Assembly (NCBI RefSeq): GCF_009914755.1 | Contig: NC_060939.1 | Length of the DNA stretch: 64,000 bases | Direction: 5' to 3' (one strand) | DNA from: the human T2T-CHM13v2.0 reference genome, Homo sapiens | In this document: positions 1-39,691 of the stretch, in pieces | Layout of the letters: the number at the start of each line of letters is the position of its first letter | Numbering within the stretch: position 1 is the stretch's first letter | Program-made: the position numbers and the translations under genes | Notes under the pieces: model-generated | What the model was told of the DNA's origin: nothing | Seen by the model: the letters and a program-made list of their open reading frames with translations, nothing else | The model's database searches: none

Positions 1-239
1 CCACGCCTGGCTGTAACTAGACTTACTAGTTGTAATCTGGTTACAGATTTACTGTAAGTCATCCATACTGGAAAATAACAACTAGAGATAAGCAACAAAA
101 TAAACATAATGGCATGTGCTTTACAATGGCTTTTTAAATGGCCAAAGGCAAATGAAAGCCCCTAATGTTAAAATGCATGTAGGCAAGGGCTTAAACAATT
201 TAAGAACACAAATTGGTAGTAGTAGGTGAGTGTTTTGTC

Positions 240-545
<306 letters not shown>

Positions 546-1909
546 TGTTTTGTCTTTAAATTGGATACTTTGTTACTGTCTTCTCTGACTTTGAAAGTTT
601 GTCTCTGTAGATAAGCATAGTTACTGATACTACCCAAAGCCTTTCAGACTTTGGCATTTTAGATTTAAGGTCCCATGTCTTTTCCCAGGTTCCTAAGATT
701 ATTTGTTGTTAATAGTTTATACTCCCAGCCTCCTTGATGTCCAAATCCTGAAAGGGCCCCTGATAACTCTTATGGCCGCCCACCATACATTAGGAGCAAG
801 GGCTTTGTCAAGAATGCAGTGAGCAAGCAGCTAAGCTGTAGCACTTGGCCTTCTCTGCCCGAAAATCTTAGTAGCTTTGATGAGAGCTTGAGACATGATC
901 TCAGGGAAGGGTGAATTTGCTACAGCTACATTTATCTGTGCCAGGGTTAGGAGATAGCCCTAGGTGAATATAAGAAAAGCTCAACCTTTCCCTTCTGTCC
1001 AAAAGCAACTGGGTTTTGGCTGAGGAGATGTGAGGCTGGCTAGGTTCCTGTTAACTCAAATTACTCACTTGACTATGGAGAAGAGCAAAATAAGAGCCTT
1101 TGTGGAGAGGGGATGGGGGAAGTGCTGTGCTGTCAGTGAATGTGAACAGGCCAGATGACCCATGTCAGCATTTATCCTGAGAAGCAGCAGAGCAGAAGGT
1201 TGAGGAGAAAACCAGAAAAAGTAACCTTTATGTTTATGGCCCTTACTTCAAACTTTCTTTGCACATCTAGACTTCCTTTTTGACATAAGTAGGCCAAGTT
1301 GCTCCTTGATAAGAAAAAAAGAAAATTCTGGCGAGATAGGACAAAGTAAAGTTACTTCTTTTGTTTGCATTTCATTACTTTATACACTTAGGCTTGACTG
1401 CCAGTACCAGCATTACTCTTGGTGTGGGGGTAGACCAGCTGACAGGGAGCAGGAGGTAATGTAGCAAAGAGAGCAGTGCTTGAGCAGACAGTTGTGGCTA
1501 ATGCAGTTTCAGGGAACTGCCTTATAAACTTAGGAAGCTGGTATCCAGCCTGCATTATAAAGAGCTTTTAATTCCATGACATGGTAGATCACTGAAAGAA
1601 AGCCAAAGAAAAAGCAAAAAGCCAACTTTTATTCTTATAAATTATTCTCTTTACTTCATTTTATTCACCAAATTTTTAAAAACAAAACAATATCGAACCA
1701 GCTAATTAAACTTAATGATCACTCCCCAAACAACCCAGAATCAGCAATGGTTGGTAGGAATGGGTAACATTTATTTGGAAGCAGAGAAATTGGAAAGATG
1801 CTGGAAAGGGTCCCTTTATGTTACCTTCCTTTTTACTGCCTTGTTGAAGTGTGTAGAACGTGTAAAAAGAATATGGAGCCCCAGTTTTTTCCTGGGTCTA
1901 AGCTTTAAA

Positions 1910-2224
<315 letters not shown>

Positions 2225-3652
2225 TTAACTTTGCCTTTATGAAATTAAGCATGAAAGATGGTGGAGATAATGGCAGTTAATAGTACACTGATGTGGATAG
2301 AGGATGCAGTGACCATCTGCTGGTCCAACTGAGTTTTATATATGCTTTAGTCAGGCCAAGGAGCTCCGTGATTGATGTGAAAGTTGGAGGTAGTTAGAGA
2401 GATCAGAATTTGGAATATACCTGCCCTAAGAGTTAAGGTGATAAGGAGGGAACAGTTTTCTTTCTAAGGTCACTAGGAGAGCATGAGAGGCCTCTGCCTT
2501 TTTTATGGCTACCAGGCACACACATCTTGACTTTCTTAATTAGGTCAGACCCCCAGTGTGCAGATTCTCAGTAGTATCTTGTAGCATTCCTTGGTACCAC
2601 TTGTCCTTTCTTCATTTCTTTGTTTACTTTTCTTTTTTAAAAAATTGTTTGTCTCTAGTCACATGATAAACTCCATGAGGGCAGAGCCCAAGTCTCTCTT
2701 TACTCACCATTTTATCCCCATTGCCAAGAGATTGACTGACACAAATACTTATCAAATACCAAATAATGGAACGTGACTGAATTGGAAACACTTATTGGAT
2801 CCACTGTATGATATAGAGGTACAGCATTACTCGCAGCTTACTAATTAAGGTGGGTCTGCTTTCCAAGATCCTGGCTGAAAAGGCACTCTAGCAGCATTTG
2901 GTCTAATGGATAGTGAAGGATCTTGAAGACTACTACTCACAGAGCAGTGACGCAGAATCACTGAACAAGCACTGCCATTGTAAATCTTTTTCTCCCCCAG
3001 ATGTTTAACTGGTATAATCCTCATTGTCTAGTGGAATTACAGTTTGTTTTATAAATACTACCTTCTCTTGTTACAATGTATAGTCTTCATCATCTGAGCA
3101 CATAGTGATGACTCTGCAGTTCTCAGTGTAGGCAAAGCTCCTACCTTCCCTAGTATCACTTTTTACCCACTCTTACCTCGTTAAGTGCTGACCAGTCACT
3201 GAGAATTCTGAAAAGGCACTCGCATCCTTGAAGTTTCTAGTTTGTGAGGCTTGGTCTCAATAAAATTTAAGGGGGGCAGATGTGGATGGGGGTCTTGAGT
3301 AAGGATCTCTCATTTTCATGGCTTTCCTAATCTGGCTACAACTCCTACTATAGTGCTATTCTGTCAGATAACAGTGGTGTAATTTTTGACAAAGCATTAT
3401 TTGTGCTTGACTAGATTGCTGTGAACTAGAAGTTTGAGAGAGAACTTGGAGATCTTACTGTTCTCATTTCATTTGTCTATAGAACTGACTTTACAGTGTA
3501 CATTTATCAGAAATGTAAAACATGACTGAGCTTTAAGGAATTGTCTACGTTAAGGCAAGAAGGTAAGCGTGAACAAGCATTCTATTTCAGGTAGAGACTA
3601 GAGATGTAAAATTTAGGAAATAATGGAGCCTTTGAGAAATACTGGTTTTCTT

Positions 3653-4802
<1,150 letters not shown>

Positions 4803-6558
4803 TTGAGATATTTTTTTAATTCAAAAGTTTATTCACAAACTTCAACTTTTAAGTGTTTTATTACAGATAGACTGGTAAGCTACAGAATTTTTAGGACTTT
4901 TTTTTTGGGGGGGCGGGCTAGGAGGGCTGATTTCTGAGAAGCAGAGAAAAACTTGTAGACAGGAGAAGCCGTTTCTGTTACAGTAAAATAAAGCTATTAT
5001 ACTATTAGTATCCTTCATGATATTAAGCAGATACAAGACCCGTTCTTATTTATTAAAAGAACTGAGGGATATAGTAAGTATCAGTTTTTATTAAAGCTGT
5101 CTTTCTCCTATTGGACAATGAGTTGCGTTTACTGAGGGCCAGAATCCTTTTGCTCATATCAGGTTTGCTCCTGCCTAGCATATAGTAGTTGCTCAATATA
5201 TGTTTATATATTAAACGAATAAATTGGTGGCTTTATTCTTTCTGCCTAAAATATTGTCTGGTCTTATTTGTTAGGAATTCTGACCACCTGATTTTCCATA
5301 ATGCCTCATATCTGGTATTCTGGGTACTCTGCAATTAGGCCATTAAGAAACTGAAAGAACCAAGTTGCATTTTTTTTTTTCCAGGCTGGCTAGGGAACCA
5401 TCTACTGGAGTTGAGGCTATTTTTTCCTGCCCTTTTATAGGATATTTTTTAAAGTATGAAATATTTTAAGTGTACAGAGATCAATATAATGAACCTTCAT
5501 ATACATACCACCCAGCTCTATAAGATTCTAGTAATCTGCCATGTTTGTTATTTTAAAATAAATAACACATTAAAACGCAGATAAATGATTCTGGTCTCTT
5601 TCCTTAATCTCCGGGTAATCATTATGAATTTGGTATTTGTCTCATTTTTTTTTCCTTTTTTTTTTTTTTTTAGTTTTGCAATATACATATGTACTTACCA
5701 AAAAAAACTATTTTGCATGCATATAACTACTTATCTGTTCTCCTATTTTATGAAGTTGAGGTTGTTTCTAATTTTCTTTACCAAAAAAAAATGAGCATTT
5801 CTCTAGGGAGTTTACTGTGAAGAAAAATGGCCGGGTCATAGAGTACGCTATTTATTTATTCATTTATATGTTTATGCCAAATTGCTCTGAAGTTTTTACT
5901 AATTTAAACTCCAACCACTATTGTGTGAAAGTTTGTTTTTCTACACTCCTCAGACTTGACATTAACAGAGATGCATGTTTTTTCAATCTGAAATGTTCTC
6001 TTAAGGTAATCTTTTCCTATCAGTCACATTAAATACCTTTTCATAGGTATTATTCATTGTTCAAGTTTACTCTTATAAGTTGAAGAACATTATTTGCATA
6101 TTTGTGCTGTTAGATTTTTGTTCATTGGATATTGATAGGCATAGTTAATAAGTAAACATGCTTTTTAACAAACTAACACATTGCAGGCTTCTTCTATATT
6201 CTTTTAGATATTTAGATAGATGTTACTAACGTTTTACCCCTCACAAAACTCAAGTTCTATAAAAATATTATGAACCTTCCCATACTTGTTGGCATTTCAG
6301 AAATGGTACAACCTAATGAGCCTGTTACCAAGAATCTAGTGTAGTGAAATCTGGAGCCCGGGCCAACGTGTGTGAATTGCTGATAACATTTTTGTAAGCT
6401 ATTTTTGATTAAGGGTAATTTGTCACTTAATGACCATAATTAAGTTTAATGTACCAGTAGTAGTTTATTGCTAAATGCCTACTTTGTGTCATACTACAAA
6501 TTTGAAGAAAAGAGTATTTCCTGCAATGGTGACTCTCTTCTTTTTCTCATCCCCCCAG

Positions 6559-25627
<19,069 letters not shown>

Positions 25628-26887
25628 AACACTCAGCAGACATTTATCTTTGTATTCTTCATGAAATGTGTTTTGTCTTTTTTTATTACTAGTGTTTAAG
25701 TCATTTTTTACTTGAATCAGATGGTGTCATTTAGTAAGGATTTTATGAGTTCTTGTTTTTTAAAATCCAGACTTTCTTTTTCTACATGTGAGATAGTTTT
25801 CATTTTAACTGGCATGTCATTTGCACACAAAAATAAAGACTAGAGCAAAATAATGCAACGCAGGAGGAGAAAAGAAATGCACTAAGACAAGAACATTCTC
25901 TCATAGAACATTGATCTGTTTTACAGGAAACAAACCTTGCCTTGAAATTTACACAGTGAGACTGTACATAATTGCATGAAAATAGCTATTTTTTTCCTAA
26001 GACATTTTTCATTCATGAATATTTTCAAGTTTTTCATACTGTACACATTTCTTAAAACACATGATACCAGCAGCAACTGAAAATGAATGCCGAATTTGGT
26101 ACACATGTGTTATCTACCTCAAGGTAACAAGAGTATGTGGCAAAACATATACCACCCATAGTGCTTCACAAAATGCACTTCTATTTAGCCAGCGTTTATT
26201 GTAGTAAACTATTCTTAATAAAACTCACTCACTGTTTATAAATGTTCTGGTATGCATTCTTTATAGTGAAGTGTTAATACATCACATCTTATTTATTTTA
26301 GCAAATCAGTATATTTTCTGTATTTAATTATAAAAAATTAACTTAGTTTTTAAAATTTATTTGCAAATATACTTTTTCCATTTGGCACTATGGTTTGTTG
26401 CCTACCTAGCTGCATCTATAATGTCAGCTTATCCTAAGGCTGTCCACGTACTTAATTTACTTAAGTGTTCATTTTAAGTAACGTGCTCACTGTGTATAGG
26501 AATTTGTATTTTGGAGGTGCTTGATCTATCTACAAAGAAAAATTAATTAGGAATTACTTTATTATAAAATGCTCCTAGAAGTCTTAATTGTGTTTATTTT
26601 TTAAAAAAACAAATGTTAGACTTGTGTGCATGGAAGTAATTAAGGTACATCATTATTGTAGTTTGAAAGTTGTACATGATAAGACATTTTGTTTTTACTG
26701 TATGTTTTTACTGAATGATCTATTCCCCATCCCAAGGCAAGCATGAATAAAATTAGGTTAAACGTAGCATGTGGCATCGCAGTCTCTTAGAATTTGTTTC
26801 ATCTATTTTATTTTATTGAATACTGTCTGTATCTTTGGTTATCCTGTTTGAAGAAAAAGGACAAATAAAACATGGCCAGCAAATACA
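25628..26887 (+). other. MAPK6: MAPK6 3' UTR (end approximate)
   Basis: AU-rich, repeat-free sequence after the stop codon; AATAAA at 25832, 26217, 26746 and 26864. End inferred about 20 nt after the last of these. Confidence 0.75.
26864..26869 (+). terminator. Likely distal polyadenylation signal of MAPK6
   Basis: AATAAA followed by a CA about 16 nt downstream and U/GU-containing sequence (cctgtttcactcttgggtt). Confidence 0.65.
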
Positions 26888-27175
26888 GCTCCTGTTTCAC
26901 TCTTGGGTTAATGAAAATTTTCTGCTAGAATGAAAATTACTACCAGAATCACTTTGAATTATGGCCATAAATTGCTAGTCTGAAAGGCTGAGAAGGTTCA
27001 AGTCTTTTGACTTAAACCATCACATATTAGAATGGAATAAAGCTTTATAATATTTCAAAACTGTTAGGTAAAATGTGTAGTTGAAACTTTGAACTGTGCA
27101 GTCAGAAAACTTGAGATTTGCTCTGTAATACATCTTTGCGTAAGAACTTACCCTTTTACCTATCCAGCTACAAAA

Positions 27176-27346
27176 CCATCCTCTTCACCTCACTTTTCTT
27201 TCATCCTTGTTTTGTACAACACCAATTCTATTATCTGCCCACCTACCTTCTCAACAACTCCATCCTCTTCACCTCACTTTTCTTTCATCCTTGTTTTGTA
27301 CAACACCAATTCTATTAATATCTGCCCACCTACCTTCTCAACAACT
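27176..27346. repeat. 84/87-bp tandem duplication
   Basis: Copies 27176-27259 and 27260-27346 are identical except for a 3-nt (ata) indel. Confidence 0.97.
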
Positions 27347-27379
27347 GACTTCATCTGGATTCACAAAGCCATATATATA

Positions 27380-27382
<3 letters not shown>

Positions 27383-27414
<32 letters not shown>
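27383..27414. repeat. (GT)16 microsatellite
   Basis: Direct reading. Confidence 0.97.
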
Positions 27415-27422
<8 letters not shown>

Positions 27423-28064
27423 TCATTTATTTATTTTCTGGTTGAATACTGTCACGTTATTAATTTAAACATACTCAAATTACCTTAAGAGGACAAGCTC
27501 TGAAGTGCAGTCATGAGAATTGATTTGTGGGGAAAAAAAAAATGGGACACTTTTAGTTGGAGCTGGGTGGGGTGACAAGTGCAGAGGCTTTGAGTGTCAT
27601 GAGAGCATCAGACAGGATGTAAAGGAAGCAACGGGCAGCAGACATTGGTCCCTGATCCTCCATTATAACCAATTTTTTGCAAACGTATGTTGATTTTGAG
27701 AATAATTAGCTTTGACTCTAAAATGCTGTCTTCCCTGAAGGAGACCTAGGATTTTTCTTACTGGGAAACTTGGCTCCTGGACTTAATCCACATTCGTTAA
27801 ACTGTCACCTTGGCAGTTTAGTGGCCATCTACACAATGATCTGACTTGTTGGCATTAAAAAGTCCAAACATAGTCATCAAAGGAAGAAGAAAGTAAAACT
27901 GAAACCCCTTATATAAAATATGCTTGCTTTAGGGTGACCCAGGCTGAGTACTAAGTTGTAAAGTCAATTTCCAATAAAAATTTTATGTGCCAATTACTTT
28001 GTCTCCACTTGCAATCAAAGTATCTTTATAGGGTAATGAAGATGAAATACTCCAAGAGGCAAAG

Positions 28065-28578
28065 TCTTTCTTTCTCTGCCACCCAGGCTGAAGTGCAGTG
28101 GTGTGATCACAGCTCACTGCAACCTTGAACCTAGGCTCAAGTGATCCTCCCACCTCAACCTCTTGAGTACCTAGGAGTAGCTGGCACCTTTGTTAAAGAT
28201 CATTTGACCATATAGATGAGAATTTATTTCTGGGTTCTCTACTCTGTCTCTTGTCACAGTTTTTGACTGTTTTTTTCCTTTGAGACAGGGTCTTACTCTC
28301 TGGCCCAGGCTGCAGTACAGTGACATGATCATAGCTCACTGCAACCTTGACTTCCCAGGCTCAGGCAATCCTGCCTCAGCCTCCTGAGTAGCTGGAGCCA
28401 CAGGCATGAATCAACATGCCCAGCTAGTTTTTACATTTTTTATAGTACTTTTAAAATTTGTTTATAGAGACAGGGTCTCCCCCATGTCACCCAGGCTGGT
28501 CTTGAACCCCTGGGCTCAAGCAATCTTCCTCAGCCTCCCAATGTGCTGGAATTACAGGTGTGAGCCATTGTGCCTGGC
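28065..28578 (-). mobile_element. AluJ-like fragment (~28065-28185) and AluJ-like element (~28270-28578)
   Basis: Diverged reverse Alu motifs (gatcatagctcactgcaaccttg). Confidence 0.85.
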
Positions 28579-30494
28579 GGTAAAGCATTTTTTTCTGACA
28601 TGAGTATGGCCACCCCTGCTCTATTTTATCATTTGCCTGATAGCTTTAGTTTTAATTGCTACACCACAACGTATTTCTTAAATGACATCTTCCAAAATTT
28701 TGCTTCTACCAACATCTTTGCAGTGAGAATTCTTGTGAACATGTGTAAGAGTGTCTTTAGGGCAGATACATAGGAGTAGAGTTGCTACATATCTTCAAGT
28801 CTATGAAGATGCCATGTCCCTGTCCAAAAGTGATTGTACTGACTCACATTCCTGCCAGCAATGCACAAGAGTTCTTATTCATCCACATGCCTCCAAGCAA
28901 GAAACCAAGTTTCTTCCATTGAATTAATCCTACCAGCTTTGCAATGTTCAGTTTACAGTAGGAATCAGGATTTCTAATTCCAAACAACTGCATGGCTGGA
29001 AATCATGACTACACCTTAGGGATCCTTAAGTAGCCACTTCAATGTGAGATTGCCTTGTTTCTCATTTCCTATTGCTCCAGCCACTGCAGCTTGGGAACAG
29101 AGGCTTTAAATCTTAAAGGCTGAGCCAATTATGTCATTACACTGGGGTCCATACCTAAGGAGAAGTAGATCATGAATCAAATCGGGTTTTCAAATAAAAT
29201 CCAAGCAAACATCACCTTTGCTTCTCAGTTAAGACACCTGCATAGTATTGGTTATGAAATTATTTGCAAGCACTGTTTTCCATTTGATACTTTGGTGTGT
29301 TTTATATAGAGCACATTTAGTTAGTGATCTAGTCAGCAAGTGGACCGTTGTCTGAACCGCTGACCTGCTCCCAGCCTTTTCAGTACCTGTTTACTATTGA
29401 ATTAAAAATCAATAGAAGCTCTACCCTAAGTAGGTTCATCATGTATGGCATATTAATCAATTGCAGTTTTACCTGATGCCTCTCCATGTGAGCATTGTTT
29501 ATCATTCAGATCCTAGTACCTTCTGAGTAGAGAAGAAAGAAGATTGAACCGGAAATCAGGAGATCTGAGTTCTGGACCCAGTTTTACCACTGACTCTCTG
29601 TCATTTGGGTGTCACGATCTTGGTGAGCCTAAGTTCCTTATTCAACTAGAAATGCGTATTACTCGATACTGACCTGGAACAACTTCTGAACCAGACACTG
29701 TCTTACTCAATTCTAACCCATTATAATAGCACAGCGATTAGCTCTTGCCAGGATGTGCTTGCTTATAGATCTTATTTCTATAATATCTTTATTGAACTGG
29801 CTGCATTAAATGTGCCTTTTAAGCAGATTGAGAATGAAATTTTGTGTTCAGTGCACGTTTACCAGTTGACAGGTAGAGGAAAAGGCAAAAGTATTAGAAC
29901 TCCAGGGTTGTTTGCCTTTGAAAGAGCAGTGTAAACTCACTAAGCTCTTTCCTGTAGGATCTAGGGCAGTCTCCTTAATTAAGCCAGGTGAAGAGAAGGA
30001 TCTTTGTGAGCTCTTTCAACATAGATTCCAACATCTATGTAACAAATATCTTACAGAAGGGAAGGGTGTTTGATCATCCACGTTAGAGCACTGTTTCAGT
30101 TATAATGCAGAGCTCTAACAAAGAAACTCCACTGGATTCGCATGTTTATCTTAGTATAATACAGTGGTAGTGTTACAAACCTAGCTAAGCAGAATACTGA
30201 CTTTCCATTACAATTGTCAGCCTCTGCATCATCTTGCTTAATTAGGTCTTAGTGCTGTTGTAGCTGGGTGAGTGGGAACGCCGGTGCCAGATTTGAGATG
30301 CTGCTCCCAGTCTCCTGGTTCAAAGTCCAGTCCAAGCCTGTTTCTTCATGCCCAATGTAAACCACAAACTTGGATCCACGTCTGTACATTTAGACTCTGC
30401 TTCCACCCGGACTTACCAATCCCACACCCTCCTGACTTGAACCTCTGAGGCAACCTCAGCTGCCAGCTGGGACATTGAACCTTGCATGCAGCAT

Positions 30495-30715
30495 TGCATA
30501 GTGTTTAGGCACACATGCTTCGGAGTCAGATCAAATCAAAGCTTAAAACTGTTCTTCTGCTTACAAGCCTTGTGGCCTTGTAGAGGTTATTCAACCTTTT
30601 GATTTTCCTCATTTGTCAAGTAGAGCTAATGATACCTAATTCGTAGAGTTGTAAGAATTTAATGAGATACTGTACACAAAGCCTTTTTAGCATGATGCCT
30701 GGTACTTAATAAATC
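30495..30715 (+). mobile_element. MIR-like SINE
   Basis: ggagtcaga...tgtggccttg...tttcctcatttgtcaa...tttaatgagata...gcctggtac. Confidence 0.7.
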
Positions 30716-31029
30716 ACCATTGCCCTTGTCCTGTTTGAATTACTGCCCATGCCACCCAAATTGTACTGAACACTGGATTCTGACCTTGACGCTGCCTTCA
30801 GTATTGCATTCTCCTATCAATCTAAACTTCTGGCCTTGACCTACAGATGGCTTCTTGCTCTAGCCATAGTGCCCACCAGCTCTATCCAACTTTTGGCTCC
30901 AGCTTCTGGTCCTTTCTCACCAGTCAAACCATTGCCCAAACAAATTAAGTGTAGCAGCTCTCAGACTCCAAAAGACTAGACTGAGCCCATGAGTCTGCAA
31001 TTGCTTCCCCCACCCCACCCCCCAGAACA

Positions 31030-32025
<996 letters not shown>

Positions 32026-33140
32026 ACTAATGCTGACTGTCTCGTTTGTAAATTCCCTCTGGAATGATGGTGCTCTGGAACAGTGAAGCTCTGTAGATAG
32101 GGCTGGGGTTTGCTTATTAGTTTTTGGGTTATAGTATTCGTAGTTCTCCAACTTTGTGTAATTTGCAAAGGGTTATCTAACTTTGGGATTCCTTAGATGT
32201 CACTCTCCTGAACCAGCAAGCTCCAAGTTGCAATCCCAAGAGCAGTTAGAAATTCTCGGAATATGTAAGGCTGGTTGGGCTGGTTTATTATCCTTAATTG
32301 CATTGTCGCGTGTAGGTGCAGTTTAGGTGAACGATTGTACTGCTCCTGAGTCAGCTGCTCAACTGCTTCCCTGTTCTCCTTGCTGGGTTGACTGTACCTG
32401 TTAGGATTGCACAACATACTCGTGACCCAGTTAAGACAGCGCCATGCAGTTTGGTTTTCAACTGCCTCTGCGCTATTGCTATTCGTAGCCCTGCCAGCTG
32501 AACCAAGCCTAGATTATACATCTAACTCAGGATCTGCGGCAAAAGAAACCACCTCACGGTAGCCTTTGCAAAAACAGTAAATTTCTCAGGATTCAAGTGT
32601 GATTTGTGGAGCCCAAGAACTGGATCTCAGGAAGAACCAGAACCAGGCCAGGGGTGGGGGAGCACCAGCAGCCCAAGCAGGACTCTGCATCTCATCTCTG
32701 CTCTGTTCTTTTTCAGCCAGCTGGGCTTCTGATCCCAACAGTGGCTAGAAGACGGTTACTTACAGCTTCAACTTCAAATGGTAACCCTCCAGCTATATAG
32801 AGTTCTTCTGTCTGTCCATCCCTCTGCCTATTTCTCTCTCCCAATTCAAGGTTTCTCTGAAAGCAAATCATATTGGCCCTCCCACTAGTCTAGTTAGCTA
32901 TGGCCAGGTGGCAGGGTTATGTTGAGGGATTGCTGCTGCTATTGGGAGTCAACCCTTGTTGATAGGGAATGGAAGGCAGGTAGGAGAATCATTTTTAGCT
33001 GGCTGTCTCCAAATGTACCTGCAACACATGGCAATAAATTATCTCTTCCTGCTTATTTTTCTTATAGTCAGTTGTCAGACATATTATTCTGTAGGGCACT
33101 GCTTCTCCAGCCAGACCTACTGGGGTCCTCCAGGCATTGA

Positions 33141-38607
<5,467 letters not shown>

Positions 38608-39677
38608 CGGCATCATCTCTTATCACTTCCACACACTCACCCCAGGCTCCAGACATACTGAGCTACTTGCATGGATAGATGGCCCATTCTCTCTTGCTAC
38701 CGTAGTGTCCCCTCTGCATGGAACCCTTTCCTCTCTGAAAACTCTCAAATGTCCTTCCTGATTAGCTCAAGTGCCATGTCCTCCAGGAAGCCCTCCCTGA
38801 CCTCTCAGATTGGGTTGGGTGGTTCTCTTCTCTCTCCCCATAGCACCTTGTGTTGGTACAAGGTACATTTTCCCTTGGGGGTATGTCTTATCCAGCTTTG
38901 TTTCGCAGTCCTCTGGCCAGGGCCTGTCCCCCGGTTTTCCCAGGCACGCAGTGAAGCAAGCCTTGTTAGTGGAGGTGGGGGATGCATCCAGCTTCCCTCA
39001 GACCAGAAAACTTGCAAGCCAAACTGGCTGTGAGCCACGGACTCCTCTTTGGGTTCACATAGGTCAGGTTTGCTAAGAGACCTGGGCCAGGAGTGCAATT
39101 CCTGGCAATTTAGTCCTTGGGGTCATTAGGTTGCAAAATCCCCAGTGTCATCAGGTTGATTGCTTTTCCCAGCACTATCTATGTCTCCCCACACAACCGG
39201 CCTTGGCATCTCTCCACCTCTATCTGCTCTCCTGCCCCAGGTCCCTTCCCTCTGCATGCACTCATCTTCCAAGCATCTGAGGACCTCTCACCGACTCACA
39301 TTTGCTTCTGCATGTATTGGTCTCCCTGGGGTCTTCCCTTGCCCCACAGGTCTTTGCACCGTACATGGGTAACCCTGAGTCTGGTCTCTCTGGTTGGATG
39401 TGAACTCCCTGCAAGGACGAGGAGAACACTCTTCCTCCTTGCATTTACGGAGTGCAAACCTCCTATACTCTACCGGCTGAGTTCAGGGAACATCGACTTG
39501 TATGTTATCAGTGACCAAAGAGGCAGGCATTAGAGGGCCAAAAGCTTTCAAACCACTTTGAGTGTGGTTCTTAGGCGCACTGGTGGAGCTACACCCAAGA
39601 TGTACCCATGGCACACTCCTCCCCTAAAACCCCACTCCCAAAATCAGAGCTCAGTCTCCTCCTTGCCCTAAAGCCAG

Positions 39678-39691
39678 GCGCCCCCTTGTGG
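39678..39691 (-). promoter_or_regulatory. Candidate CTCF binding site
   Basis: Minus strand reads CCACAAGGGGGCGC, a 13/14 match to CCASYAGRKGGCRS, in non-Alu sequence with the CpG retained. Confidence 0.6.

Noticed and set aside
27089-27488. ORFs with an internal peptide repeat
   Set aside because: Produced by the 84-bp duplication and the GT microsatellite.
38671-39533. Cluster of 60-138 aa ORFs
   Set aside because: Overlapping in several frames, partly in L2-like sequence, with no convincing exon structure or homology.
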